DNA from: Eledone cirrhosa
Lineage: Eukaryota
Reading direction: 5' to 3'
Length of the DNA: 64,000 nucleotides
Assembly: GCA_964016885.1 (NCBI GenBank)
Contig: OZ024745.1
Coordinates: forward strand, 72,044,001 to 72,108,000
Shown: piece by piece, positions 53,116 through 64,000 of the stretch
Layout: the number at the start of each line of letters is the position of its first letter
Numbering within the stretch: the first letter of the stretch is position 1
Program-made: the position numbers and the translations under genes
Notes under the pieces: generated by a model
Told to the model about the DNA's origin: nothing
The model's database searches: none
The model's input: only the letters and a program-made list of their open reading frames with translations

Positions 53116-53430
53116 TAGGAGGGGTGACTGTTCTTACAGTGCTAGCCAGGTTTCATGGTCTAAACACTTTTTCATTTCTTTTCGCAGATTGTTAAACTCA
53201 GGCATTTCATGAAAATTGGTAAAAACTCGAGTTGAAAGGCATAACCCTAGCTGAGATCTATAAGGACTCGCAAGACACATTAGGGGAAGATGCCCCGTCA
53301 TATTCCACCGTCAAATTCTGGGTCAATGAATTCAAGCATGTCAAGGAAGGTGTAGTGGAAAATGATCCGAGGTCTGGTCTGGGAGGCCATCAACAGTGAT
53401 CACACCAGACAACATTAACTTTGTCCTTGA
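53116..53430 (+). pseudogene. Mariner transposase N-terminal (HTH) fragment
   Basis: LKGITLAEIYKDSQDTLGEDAPSYSTVKFWVNEFK...ENDPRSG, frameshift, GRPSTVITPDNI. Confidence 0.8.
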
Positions 53431-53721
53431 GGATGTTCAGTTTTATATATAGAGTCACCATCTCATCACATCTGAAGTCTAAAGATACAAGATTTCAGGT
53501 ATGGGGATCTGGTCTATTTAAAACACATTGAAGGGAAACATTTGATGGAAACCAACATTAATTTATACAGTGTTGATAGTGTAGTTGATGTGGTTCGTTT
53601 TCAGGAAAAATAAAACGAAAAAGTAAAATGAAAAAATGATGTTCGTAAAAAAATGTAAGAGGTGTTGTTTCTGTTGACAATTGTAGCTATTACAACTCTT
53701 AAACATTCACATTCTAACCTA

Positions 53722-53899
53722 ATAATTGTTTCTTCTTTTGGCACAAGGCCAGCAATTATCCAGTGCATTACTGGTACTTTATTTTAACGACCCCGTAAGG
53801 ATGAAAGGCAAAGTTAACCTCGGCGTGATTTGAACTCAGAATGGCAAGGGCCGTAACTCTATGCGTCAAAGCATGGCGTCCGACCTTCCTGCCAATCCT
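53722..53899 (-). mobile_element. SINE S1
   Basis: Consensus match. Confidence 0.85.
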
Positions 53900-54362
53900 A
53901 ATAATGGAGGAGAGACTGCACTCTTTTTGAAGGAGAATTTAAAGACATATATGAAGAATTCAAAGTTCACATGTCAGCAATTTAAGTGCTGAGATTAAAA
54001 GTGACAAATCGTTGATTAACCACTGGGGTGACAATGGATGTACTCCCTCGAGAAAATGAGAGACAGTAAGAGACAATAAGGCTGTATTCTGGTCTTCAAA
54101 ATTTTGGAAAAGCTTATACTGTTGTTGGGGCATTAAATTTTCACATTATAAAAACATCACATATATGTATATATATATATATACACACACATACACGCAT
54201 ATATATATATATATATATAACCCTACACAGATCGATAACGAAATATGCGTACGATGTATTTTTATCACCTAGAAACGATCGTAAAGCAGTGAAGTATATT
54301 TCTAATGACTTGAATTTTTATTTCATTGTTTTAACTTATATATATATATTATTGTTTTAACT

Positions 54363-54437
<75 letters not shown>

Positions 54438-54936
54438 AGACTGGCCTTGACCTAACTACAAACAACCCGATAAATAAAAAATTCAAAGAAAAACAGCACA
54501 TTTTCACTAGTGTAGCGGTGTTGATGAGAGTAAAAGCATATTTTATTGTGTGTTGTTCGTATTTATTTCCAATGTCAGCTATGATCAAAGGCATCCCGAC
54601 CACGACCATAATGTAACGAAGATTCCATTATCCAATATATACTTCCCTATTTTTGAAGCGACTGGATTTGGCTGCTACAAATCAAGTGGCTTTATATGGG
54701 TTTCTTTGAATTTGTATAAGCTGTATTTATTCGAGAGGTTTACCAAGAATTAAATAAATCATGTCACTCTATTTCACCGTTATCTTGACTGGCACACTAC
54801 TTACATGATAATTGAACACCAAGAAAAGAGCCTGACAAGTCTGCTAAATCGGACTAATGCATTTACAATTCCTAAATGCTATAACCTCCTGTCTTGGTCT
54901 CAAATCCTGCTAGAGTCAATTAAAGTTACAGCCATA

Positions 54937-55311
54937 TTCTTCTTCTTCTTCTTCTTCTTCTTCTTCTTCTTCTTTGAAACGATCGTCGATGCAGAGTCCT
55001 CAATCCAGCGAGTCCTGTCAGAAGCAACTCTCCCCAAGCGAGTCCAGCCGGGATCATGGATGGTATCCAACCATCTTGCTCAGGATCAACCCTTTGGTCT
55101 CCTTCCAGTTGGTTTTGCCCGTAGAATCTGTCCAACTTGGATTGGCAGTATCGGTAGAGAGTCGGACGCCATGCTTTGCAGCCCTTTATGGTCTGAGTTC
55201 AAATCCCGCCAAGGTTAACTTTGCCATTCATCCTTACGAGGTCGATAAAATAAAGTACCAGTAATACACTGGAATAATTGCTGGCCTTGTGCCAAAAGTA
55301 GAAACAATTAT
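54937..55311. mobile_element. RTE-group 3' fragment (minus, 54937-55136) joined to SINE S1 (plus, 55138-55311)
   Basis: Similarity to 35968-36230 and to the S1 consensus. Confidence 0.75.
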
Positions 55312-55881
55312 TATTTTATGCACTGTATTCCAGCTAAAAAACTCTGACTAAATTGTTACAATTCTTTTCCCCAAGGCACTAACATAATTTCTATTATTTA
55401 TTTAAATAACTTTCAACAAAGCTAACCACCAAACATCTTCAACAAGCCTAGGGATTATATTTTCTACATATTCTAAATATGAAGACGCCACTCATTTCTA
55501 TGTTTATATTTCAACCCTTTTTTCAAAAGAGTTCAAAGGAATTATCATTTCCTTCGTTCTTAATAAACCTTTACCTGCCGTGACACTGCGTTCTATGAAA
55601 TGTTGATTACTCCTTCCATATTTTTTGTTTGAGTCATAGTTTTGAACATGCCTTAAGAAACACATCAGCAATATAAACAAGTTAATTTACAAAGAAAATG
55701 TCAAAAGTAATGAGAAAAGCACAATGAAAATATATGTAATTTCATTACTTGGCAATTCTTCGGAATATAAAAAAGATGCGCTTGCGTAAACACATATAGC
55801 TGCATCTGAATATAAACATTTATACGCGCGTACAGTCACACGCACATGTATGTATGTATGTATGTATGTATGATTTATGTG

Positions 55882-55946
<65 letters not shown>

Positions 55947-56269
55947 CATGGATATCTTGGATTTACATAAAAGTGTTTGTTTGGTTTTTTATGTTTTTCC
56001 TTATTTTTTATGCAAGTATTTGAATGTATATAATTTAATATTTATATACATAGCCATGTATTTAGATAACTATCACCTTTTTTTTTCAATTTTCTCTTTT
56101 CTTCTGTATCTCTCCGACTCACTTTCTTCTTCTTCTTCTTCTTCTTCTTCTTCTTCTTCTTCTTCTTCTTCTTCTTCTTCTTCTTCTTCTTCTTCTTCTT
56201 CTTCTTCTTCTTCTTCTTCTTCTTCTTCTTCTCATAACCCGTTTATTATTTTCATTATTATCATCATAA

Positions 56270-56930
56270 GGGCGGTGGATTGGCAGTATCGGTAGAGCGT
56301 CAGACATGTTTTGCGGCATATTGTTACGCCCCTTTACGTTCTGAGTTCAAATCCCACCGAGGTTAGCTTTAACTTTCATCCTTACAGGATTGATGAAATA
56401 AAATACCAGTAATGCGCTAGGGTCGATCTAATCGACTTTTACCCTCCCCTTAAAATTGCTGGCCTTGTGCCTATATAAGAAACCATTATTATTGACGCAA
56501 AGGCCGTGGATTGGCAGTATAGGTAGGGTGTCGGGCAACATGCTTTGCGGCATATAGTTACCTCCCTTCACGTTCTTAGATCAATTTATGCAGATGTAAA
56601 CTTTGCCTTTCATCCTTACAGGGTCGATAAAATAAGGCATCAGTAATGCACTGGGGTCGATTTAATCGACTTTCCCCTCCCCACAAAATTACTGGCCTTG
56701 TGCCTATACTAGAAACCATTATTAAGAGGCATATTAAGAGGACGGTGGATTGGCAGTATCGGTGGAGGGTCGGACGCCATGCTTTCCAGCATAGTTACGT
56801 CCATTTACGATCTTAGTTCAAATCCCGCCGAGGTTGACTTTGCCTTTCATCCTTACGGGGTCGATAGAATAAAGTACCAGTAATGCACTGGGTAATTGCT
56901 GGCCTTGTGCCTAAAGTAGAAACAATTATT
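56270..56930 (+). mobile_element. Three tandem, mutually diverged SINE S1 copies
   Basis: Starts near 56270, 56502, 56742; TATTAAGAGGCATATT flanks the third copy on both sides (TSD-like). Confidence 0.85.
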
Positions 56931-58254
56931 AAGAGGCATATTTTTCACCTCGAGATTTTAGTTATTTAAAATAAAACCTCTACATAAAGACTATGTGCAA
57001 CACGCTAGATAGTTTCATCTTTTAAACGAAATGTTAAATGCAATATAAAACCCACGAGACGATCTACATTTTCTTTAGAAATTTATTAATTATCCAGAAG
57101 AGAAGTAACATCCATAATCTTTGTATGGTCTTCCAGATCGACAAGAAGGACCCGGAGTGGGTAAGGAAGTGAAGGAGAAGAAAGGTGTGTGAGTCTGGTT
57201 TGTTTAGGTGGAGCATGTGATACAGCTTGCTATACAATTGGTATATTAATATCACTATATGAAATAGAGAGAGAAGAACGGTGCATGTAAGATCCGTTGG
57301 TTGTTGAGTAATAGGATTTGAGACTTCCTTTGTATATATTATTAGTTATTAACCATGGATGTTTTTTTGTAATGAAGTCCTTCAAGCTTCCATGTATGGC
57401 CTTCCTTTGTATGTGATCTTTTATGTCACTATGTATATCATATGAGCAGCACAATCTCAAATTGGTGTTCCAATACTCCAGTATAGGTTACAATTGAGCT
57501 TTGTCGGGAATAAGAATCTAATCAGCACAGGAATATGTTCTGACTCAGAAGAGGTTACTTTAGTTTCCTAACATTGCCATATAACAACTTTGATAGCTGT
57601 AGTCGTTTGATATTTAAATAAAGGAACACTTTGATCCAAGGGTATATTTCCTCGATATGTGAGAGATTGCGCATAGGTGCTATTGAAAGAGATTGGGAGG
57701 GCTTGTTCCCTTTCGGGTAATTTCAATATCACTGTTTATTGATGCAATGGATGATTACATGATTAAAAAGTTCTCTTCGCAGTCATGCGTTCCCAGGTTT
57801 GATTTAACTGCGTGACATTTTGAACAAGTGTTTATTGCGATAGTCTCGGGTCAACCCAAGCCATGTGACGGAATTTGGCTAAACTGAAACTAATTCGAAA
57901 GTCCAATCTTGGCATATATTGTATCATGCTTGACTATTACGTTAACGGTACACGTGTCTGTAGAATACTCAACCACTTATCATTACACCTGGGGTGGGGA
58001 TGATCGAGTATCATCTCCTGTGAGGTGTCTGGGTGGTGTAGGTACACATCTAGATGTGTGTACGTATGTGTGAGAGAGACGGTATGTAAAGGACAAGATG
58101 ATATATGAAACATAGAAATGCGTGATAGAGATATATATAAAGATAAGAAATTGGGACGTCTTTTGGGCCAATCTGTTTTGCTCATTCATTCTGCGAACAC
58201 TGACATAACGGATTTACATCTGGATGTTTGACTCCACAATGACGGATTTAGAAG

Positions 58255-58271
58255 GCAGCATTAACAGCAGC

Positions 58272-58326
<55 letters not shown>

Positions 58327-58328
58327 AC

Positions 58329-58368
<40 letters not shown>

Positions 58369-58369
58369 A

Positions 58370-58430
<61 letters not shown>

Positions 58431-58645
58431 TGCATCATCATCATCATTAGCAGCAGAATAGCATCATCAGCATCAGCAACACCAAGGGCACCAGTAGTAG
58501 TAGTAGTAGTCACAATGACAGGAAAAGAAGAAGAAAAAGAAAAAGAAAAAGAAAAAGGAGAAGAGGAAGAGGAAGAAGAAGGGGAACAACAACAGCAACA
58601 AAAACAAGAGAAACAACAAGAGCAACAGCAAAAACAACTTCAGAA
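58255..58645. repeat. Trinucleotide run: (AGT)n, (CAT), (GAA), (CAA)
   Basis: Direct inspection. Confidence 0.9.
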
Positions 58646-60179
58646 ATAGCGACCAAATGTTGATGAAAGGAGCGGAAGAGGCATGTTAACAATAGAAACC
58701 TGCAACAATGATGTTGAATGCTTTCATAAAAATCTATTGAAACAACATTTGTGTGGAAAGAATTTGGAAGTGGGTTTGAGACAGGAAGGAAATAGCTAAG
58801 GAAGGTGAAAGACTAGAAATATCATAGGAAGACATTGAAGGATCATTGGGGGATAATGAGTAGATATATTAGAAACAGAAATAGAGATAAATATGAAAGA
58901 CAGAAGAAACGAAAGGCTGAAGGAACCTTTTAGGAAACGGATGATGGAAGAGGGATAATGAGAAATACAACGAAGGGAGATGTAGGTAGACAAAATACAG
59001 GAAAAACTCAAAACAGATGAAATGTGACGGACAGAAGAAAAGGAGGAAATGAATGTAAAGAAGAGGGGTGGGTAAAGAAGGAAGGATGACATAAATAATC
59101 AAACAAACAATAACAAAATTAGATAAAAAGAAAGAAGGGAAATATTTTAATTGCATCATCTTTTTTTGTGAATGTCCTTTCCCCAGCTTCTGAATAAAAA
59201 ATAAATTAAGTAGTTTTTGATTCCAGCGTTTTTTTCTTGAGATATTCTAACCACCCGCCCATAGTATCGGAGCTGTGATATCTCAATTCGGAGAAGTCGT
59301 GGCTCTTATCTCGGAGCTACGCACTGTATCAAGTAACGTTATTCCGACGACCCTTCGGAGGAACCCCATTTCGGTCGCTTGTATTCGCTGGACAGATTTT
59401 ACGGGCAAAACCAACCGTCAGGAGCCCAGTGGTAGATTTCGAGCAATATGGTTGGATAACATCCATGAGTTTGGCTAATCTCGCTTGGGGATCCATCCGA
59501 ATCAGTTGGAGGCGGTTGCTTCAAATTTGACCTCGATGGGATTCGATCTCAGAACATAAACAACCAATTTAAATATTGCAAATCATTGCATTCCGATAAT
59601 TCTGCCAATCAGAAGCAGAAAAATTGTGTATAGAGGAGAAAGAAGGAGAGAATAAAATTGTAAGGTTGGGAGCAACCACCAAGTTATGAGTGAAAACAAC
59701 ACAAGTAAATGATAAACTGAACGCAGAGACCTGCAAATATTTTCGCGTAGTATGTTAAAAGAATAACGGGAAAGAATGAAATTTAATCTGGAGGAAACGT
59801 AACCCTAAAAATACGATAAGTTTAGGTGGAAGGAAGAGAGATGAGTTCTGATGTTTAACCATGGCTGTGAATGAGGAGATGAAGCAACCAAGCGAAAAGT
59901 TCGGAGTCTCTTCCACTTTTCTACTTAGTAAAAATATATTTATAATATATGTATGCACTTCTCGAATAAGACATAAGCTAATCTAATTAAACACATACGC
60001 ACACACACACGCGCGAGTTTGTGCGCGCACACACACACACCCATGCATACATGCGGTTAGTATTCATACTATAATATTATTACAATAACTCTGTGCCTAT
60101 GTAATTAACCTGAGTATTGGGCTCACTGGTTCATAAACATGTACTAGCAGATATTAAACCACAGCATACAGTAAGTAGA

Positions 60180-60395
60180 GCGACGGATTGGCTTTATTGG
60201 TAGGGCATCGGATAACATAGTTAAGGCCTTTTGTGTTCTGAGTTCAAATCCCGCTTTGCCTTTAATCCTTACAGAGTCGATAAAACACAGTGCCAGTAAT
60301 GTACTGGGGTCGGTTTAATCGACGCCCCCCCCCCCCCCCTCCAACACACACAAAAAAAATGGCTGACCTAGTGCCTAAATCAGAAAAAAATTATT
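60180..60395 (+). mobile_element. SINE S1, diverged
   Basis: GAGTTCAAATCCCGC...GTCGATAAAA. Confidence 0.65.
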
Positions 60396-61200
60396 ACCAC
60401 AGTAAGTAGTGTTGAGGGAAAACCTTGTTGAATGCTGGACTAAGAGCTTTACAACTTTTACTTTCGAAGTAGAAATCTAACACGGACCCCTGTGGTTGCT
60501 ATCCGAAGTTCTGAACCACAGAACCCTGTCTGAACCGATGTTATTGTGACATTTTACACATTCTTTTTTATTTTCCCTTTTAGCTTTCAGTATTTGCTAT
60601 CAACATATATGCCCTAAGGCAAGCATTTTTCGGATGATTTTAATGACACTGACTCTAACCACTGACATGCGATTGCAGCTGCAGCCATTTATTATTCAAC
60701 TTATCATTCTCATAATATTGCTGAATGCTGTAGTTTCGTAACTGACACCTTCATGAAAGATAGCTGTCACACTCAGTCACCCCTGTATCACCTTTTACAC
60801 ATAATGCCTTGTGTGACATACTTGACATATCAATAACAATTATCTACAAGCTAGCGAACACCAACACCAACACCAACACCAACACCATCGTTAAAAGATT
60901 AAGCATCGTTAAAAGATTAAGCATGTCAAGATTGTTTTGCTCGAAAAAAAAAGCTCCCACAGACATATTTGAAGAATTTGAAAAAAAAAAAAAATGTAAG
61001 TATTAACATTATATAAAGATAGATTACAAATGTTTTTTTTTATATTAAATGGAAATTTTAGCTACAAAGCAACACATACACGTATACACATACTCGAAAA
61101 CAAATATGTACACATTTTTGTATGTATGTATATATGATTATGTATGTATGTATGTATGTATGTATGTATGTATGTATGTATGTATGATTATACATACATA

Positions 61201-62253
61201 CATGGTGGCTGCCAACTCGTTTTCGAGTACGGCCACTACTTTATATCCGTGTAGGAGAACCCCTACCGATGCGCTGAACGAGTGTGACTTTTTAGTCCAG
61301 CCAGCGACTTGAAAACTCTGGTACAAACACTTCACTTGTGACAATTATTGACACATAGTGCTGGGCCCATGGTACCATGTGACGACAAGTGCAGAGAGAT
61401 CTCCAGATATAAAGCAATGCCTGTGCCGTGAAGCTTTTATAGTGAGCAAAGGCACTGCACAAAGCCAGTCCCACTCTCTTAACCAAAATGATATTTACCA
61501 AAAAGAAGAACAAGTCAACATCATAAATAAATACATACATACATACATAATGTACGTATGTATGTATGTATGTATGTATGTATGTATGTATGTATGTATG
61601 TATGTATGTATGTATGTATGTATGTATGTATGTATGTATGTATGTCAGGTCACCAGTTGGTGCTACTGGTAACATGTATCCCAGTACAACCTGTCTCATG
61701 GTCGGGTTGTTGGCGACTAAACTGGCAACCCCACCAAGGTTTATTGGTGAGGAGGGTGACTTTAGACATCCTGCAGGAATAAAAACAAAACCTGTCAAAG
61801 GGCAAAGGACCTCTTAAGAGTCAATGGCCATCCAAAATCACCTGGAGAGATGACCCCTTAGCCTTTGTCAAGGCAGAATTCTAGGAGAAGGAAAACTCTG
61901 ATATAACACCTGCAACCCTGATGGTATCCAATGATGTTGACTTGTTCTTCTTTTTGGTAAATATCATATTGGTCAAGAGAGTGGGACTGGCTTTGTGCAG
62001 TGCCTTTGCTCACTATAAAAGCTTCACGGCACAGGCATTGCTTTATATCTGGAGATCTCTCTGCACTTGTCGTCACATGACACCATGGGCCCAGCACTAT
62101 GTGACAATAATTGTCACAAGTGTAGTGTTTGTACCAGAGTTTTCAAGTCGCTGGCTGGATTAAAAAGTCACACTCGTTCAGCGCATCGGTAGGGGTTCTC
62201 CTACATGGATATAAAGTAGTGGCCGTACTCGAAAACGAGTTGGCAGCCACCAT
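61201..62253. mobile_element. Divergent pair of non-autonomous RTE derivatives: 5'-truncated minus copy 61201-61523 and full plus copy 61644-62253
   Basis: ~320-bp inverted similarity, (TATG)n between the copies, (ATGT)n tails. Confidence 0.85.
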
Positions 62254-62558
62254 GTATGTATGTATGTTCTTCTGGTTTTATAATTTCACAATTTTTTACT
62301 AATAGAGAGAGAGAGTCGGTTTCTAACATAGACACAAGTCTCTCTCATTGGAATTTACACATCAACTAGGTAGATTATGTATGCATGTCTGCATGTGTAG
62401 ATATGGATGTTATTGTACGTGTGGATGTGTATGTTTCGAGTTGTATGTGTGCATGTATATATGCTTTGTATCTGTACATGTGTATATGCAGTTATTAGAT
62501 GCATGGATTGTACTTGTAATTTCCTAACTAGTTGTGTATGTATGTATGTATGATTATT

Positions 62559-62803
62559 GTGCACTGACCCCCCCCCCACTATAAACCTTTCCCGCACAGG
62601 TTTCTTCTTTATCGTGCACTCCCAAAGCCCTGCGGCGATGGGCGACAGGGCATCGATAGCTGCCCCGGGCAATTCCGGTCTCTTCCCCTGGCCCCACTGT
62701 CCCCGGGCCTGCGGGTCAGGGGTCGGCCTCCACGGGCGCCTTCGTGGCCACGGCAGACGGGAACTAAAATAAAGATGTCATCATCGTTCACGATGGACAA
62801 CCA
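62559..62803 (+). mobile_element. 3' part of the bipartite RTE derivative seen at 12730-13000
   Basis: CPRACGSGVGLHGRLRGH and GATGTCATCATCGTT.ACGATGGACAACC. Confidence 0.75.
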
Positions 62804-62976
62804 GGAGAGTGAGAGAGATGTATGATTATGTATATATATATATATATATGTATGTATTTATGTATGTATGAATGATTATATATATATGTATGAATGATTA
62901 TATATATATATATATATATATTTATTAAAATAACAGATTAAAGTTTAAGCAAAGAATCGGTGCTTTTTATTATTAT

Positions 62977-63225
<249 letters not shown>

Positions 63226-63345
63226 AAGGCGTGTGGCGGAGTGGTTAGAGAATTGGATTCGCAATATCGTAAGGGTGCGAGTTCGATTCCTGGACCAGGC
63301 GATGCGTTATGTCCTTGAGCAAGACACTTTATTTCACGTTGTTCC
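63226..63345 (+). mobile_element. SINE S2 5' part
   Basis: TGGCGGAGTGG A box, GAGTTCGATTCC B box, GTCCTTGAGCAAGACACTT. Confidence 0.75.
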
Positions 63346-63441
63346 TTCTGCCTGGAGTTGCGACCGATAGATAGTACTAGCAATTGGAAAGACCAACGGA
63401 AACATTGTTCCCTCGGTCCGATTTGACGAAAGTCGATCGTT

Positions 63442-63480
<39 letters not shown>

Positions 63481-64000
63481 TTATTCTCTTTCTCTTAATT
63501 TGAATTTACTTTTAACCGGCTATGTTCCCAGTTACAAGGTTGTAAAGAAAAATACTTGTTCGCCGTTGTGTAATCGTTCATCCTTTGAATCGTAAGAATA
63601 TTTTACAGATATCGCAGCCATTCATAGCTTAAGATTATGAGGCTTCGTTACTTATACTGTTGTTGTATGGTCCATAACTCATATTGAGGTTGTGGTTTTG
63701 TTGCAACATATCATCCCAGATCAATTGTAAGGTGTCCACAAGTTTTCGTTGTTCGTCTGTTTGTAAAGTAGAGATATGAATTTCAGATGTGTTGTTTACT
63801 GTTAGATTTAGATGACCACCTTGTCTGCCTATCTGTGGCGGTGGGATCGTTTGTAGTGCCAACCCCATTATTCAGAATTAGAAAATTCGGAATGCATTTG
63901 TCATGGCATATTGGTTGTAAATGTTATGGGAATAGCAGGAAATTTTGGCCGCCTGATTTAAAATTTCTCAACGGCTGAAGCACACACACTTACACACACA

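Noticed and set aside
57060-57500. Possible decayed retroelement coding sequence on the minus strand
   Set aside because: Only vague motif resemblance, in inconsistent order
58224-58649. 141-aa poly-Ser/Glu/Gln ORF
   Set aside because: Trinucleotide repeat run without splice or domain evidence
61644-61730. HDV-like ribozyme at the 5' end of the RTE derivative
   Set aside because: A CUAA-ACUGG segment is suggestive, but P1/P3/P1.1 could not be assembled
63226-63300. tRNA gene
   Set aside because: Continues into the SINE body GTCCTTGAGCAAGACACTT; it is a SINE head
63480-63980. Possible Penelope ORF N-terminal relic (CIPNFL) on the minus strand
   Set aside because: Single short motif with many stops; unsupported

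Overview
AT-rich, microsatellite-saturated animal DNA that is essentially non-genic (intronic or intergenic). The SINE families and (TA)n/(CA)n/(TATG)n load suggest an octopus, which is inference only. No intact host gene is recognisable, and almost all ORFs in the track are translated microsatellites. Recognisable content: one near-full-length but disrupted RTE-clade LINE (~2.58-6.6 kb), other RTE remnants and non-autonomous RTE derivatives, a 5'-truncated Penelope-like element, CRE and mariner fragments, hAT-type MITEs and many tRNA-derived SINEs. The striking feature is at least five unrelated families of small non-coding 0.4-0.75 kb elements. They mostly sit in (TA)n tracts, occur as partial tandem and/or fold-back copies, and carry hammerhead ribozyme (HHR) motifs, like retrozymes or Penelope satellites. 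One superfamily (units of 496, 723 and 529 bp at 17.35-19.1, 30.75-32.58 and 40.15-40.98 kb) carries a ~100-nt motif. It has all hammerhead core nucleotides in an order matching none of types I/II/III, several helices that covary between the three families, two pseudoknots and a kink-turn consensus capping stem III. This is the best candidate for an undescribed system. All folds were made by eye; no activity is shown.
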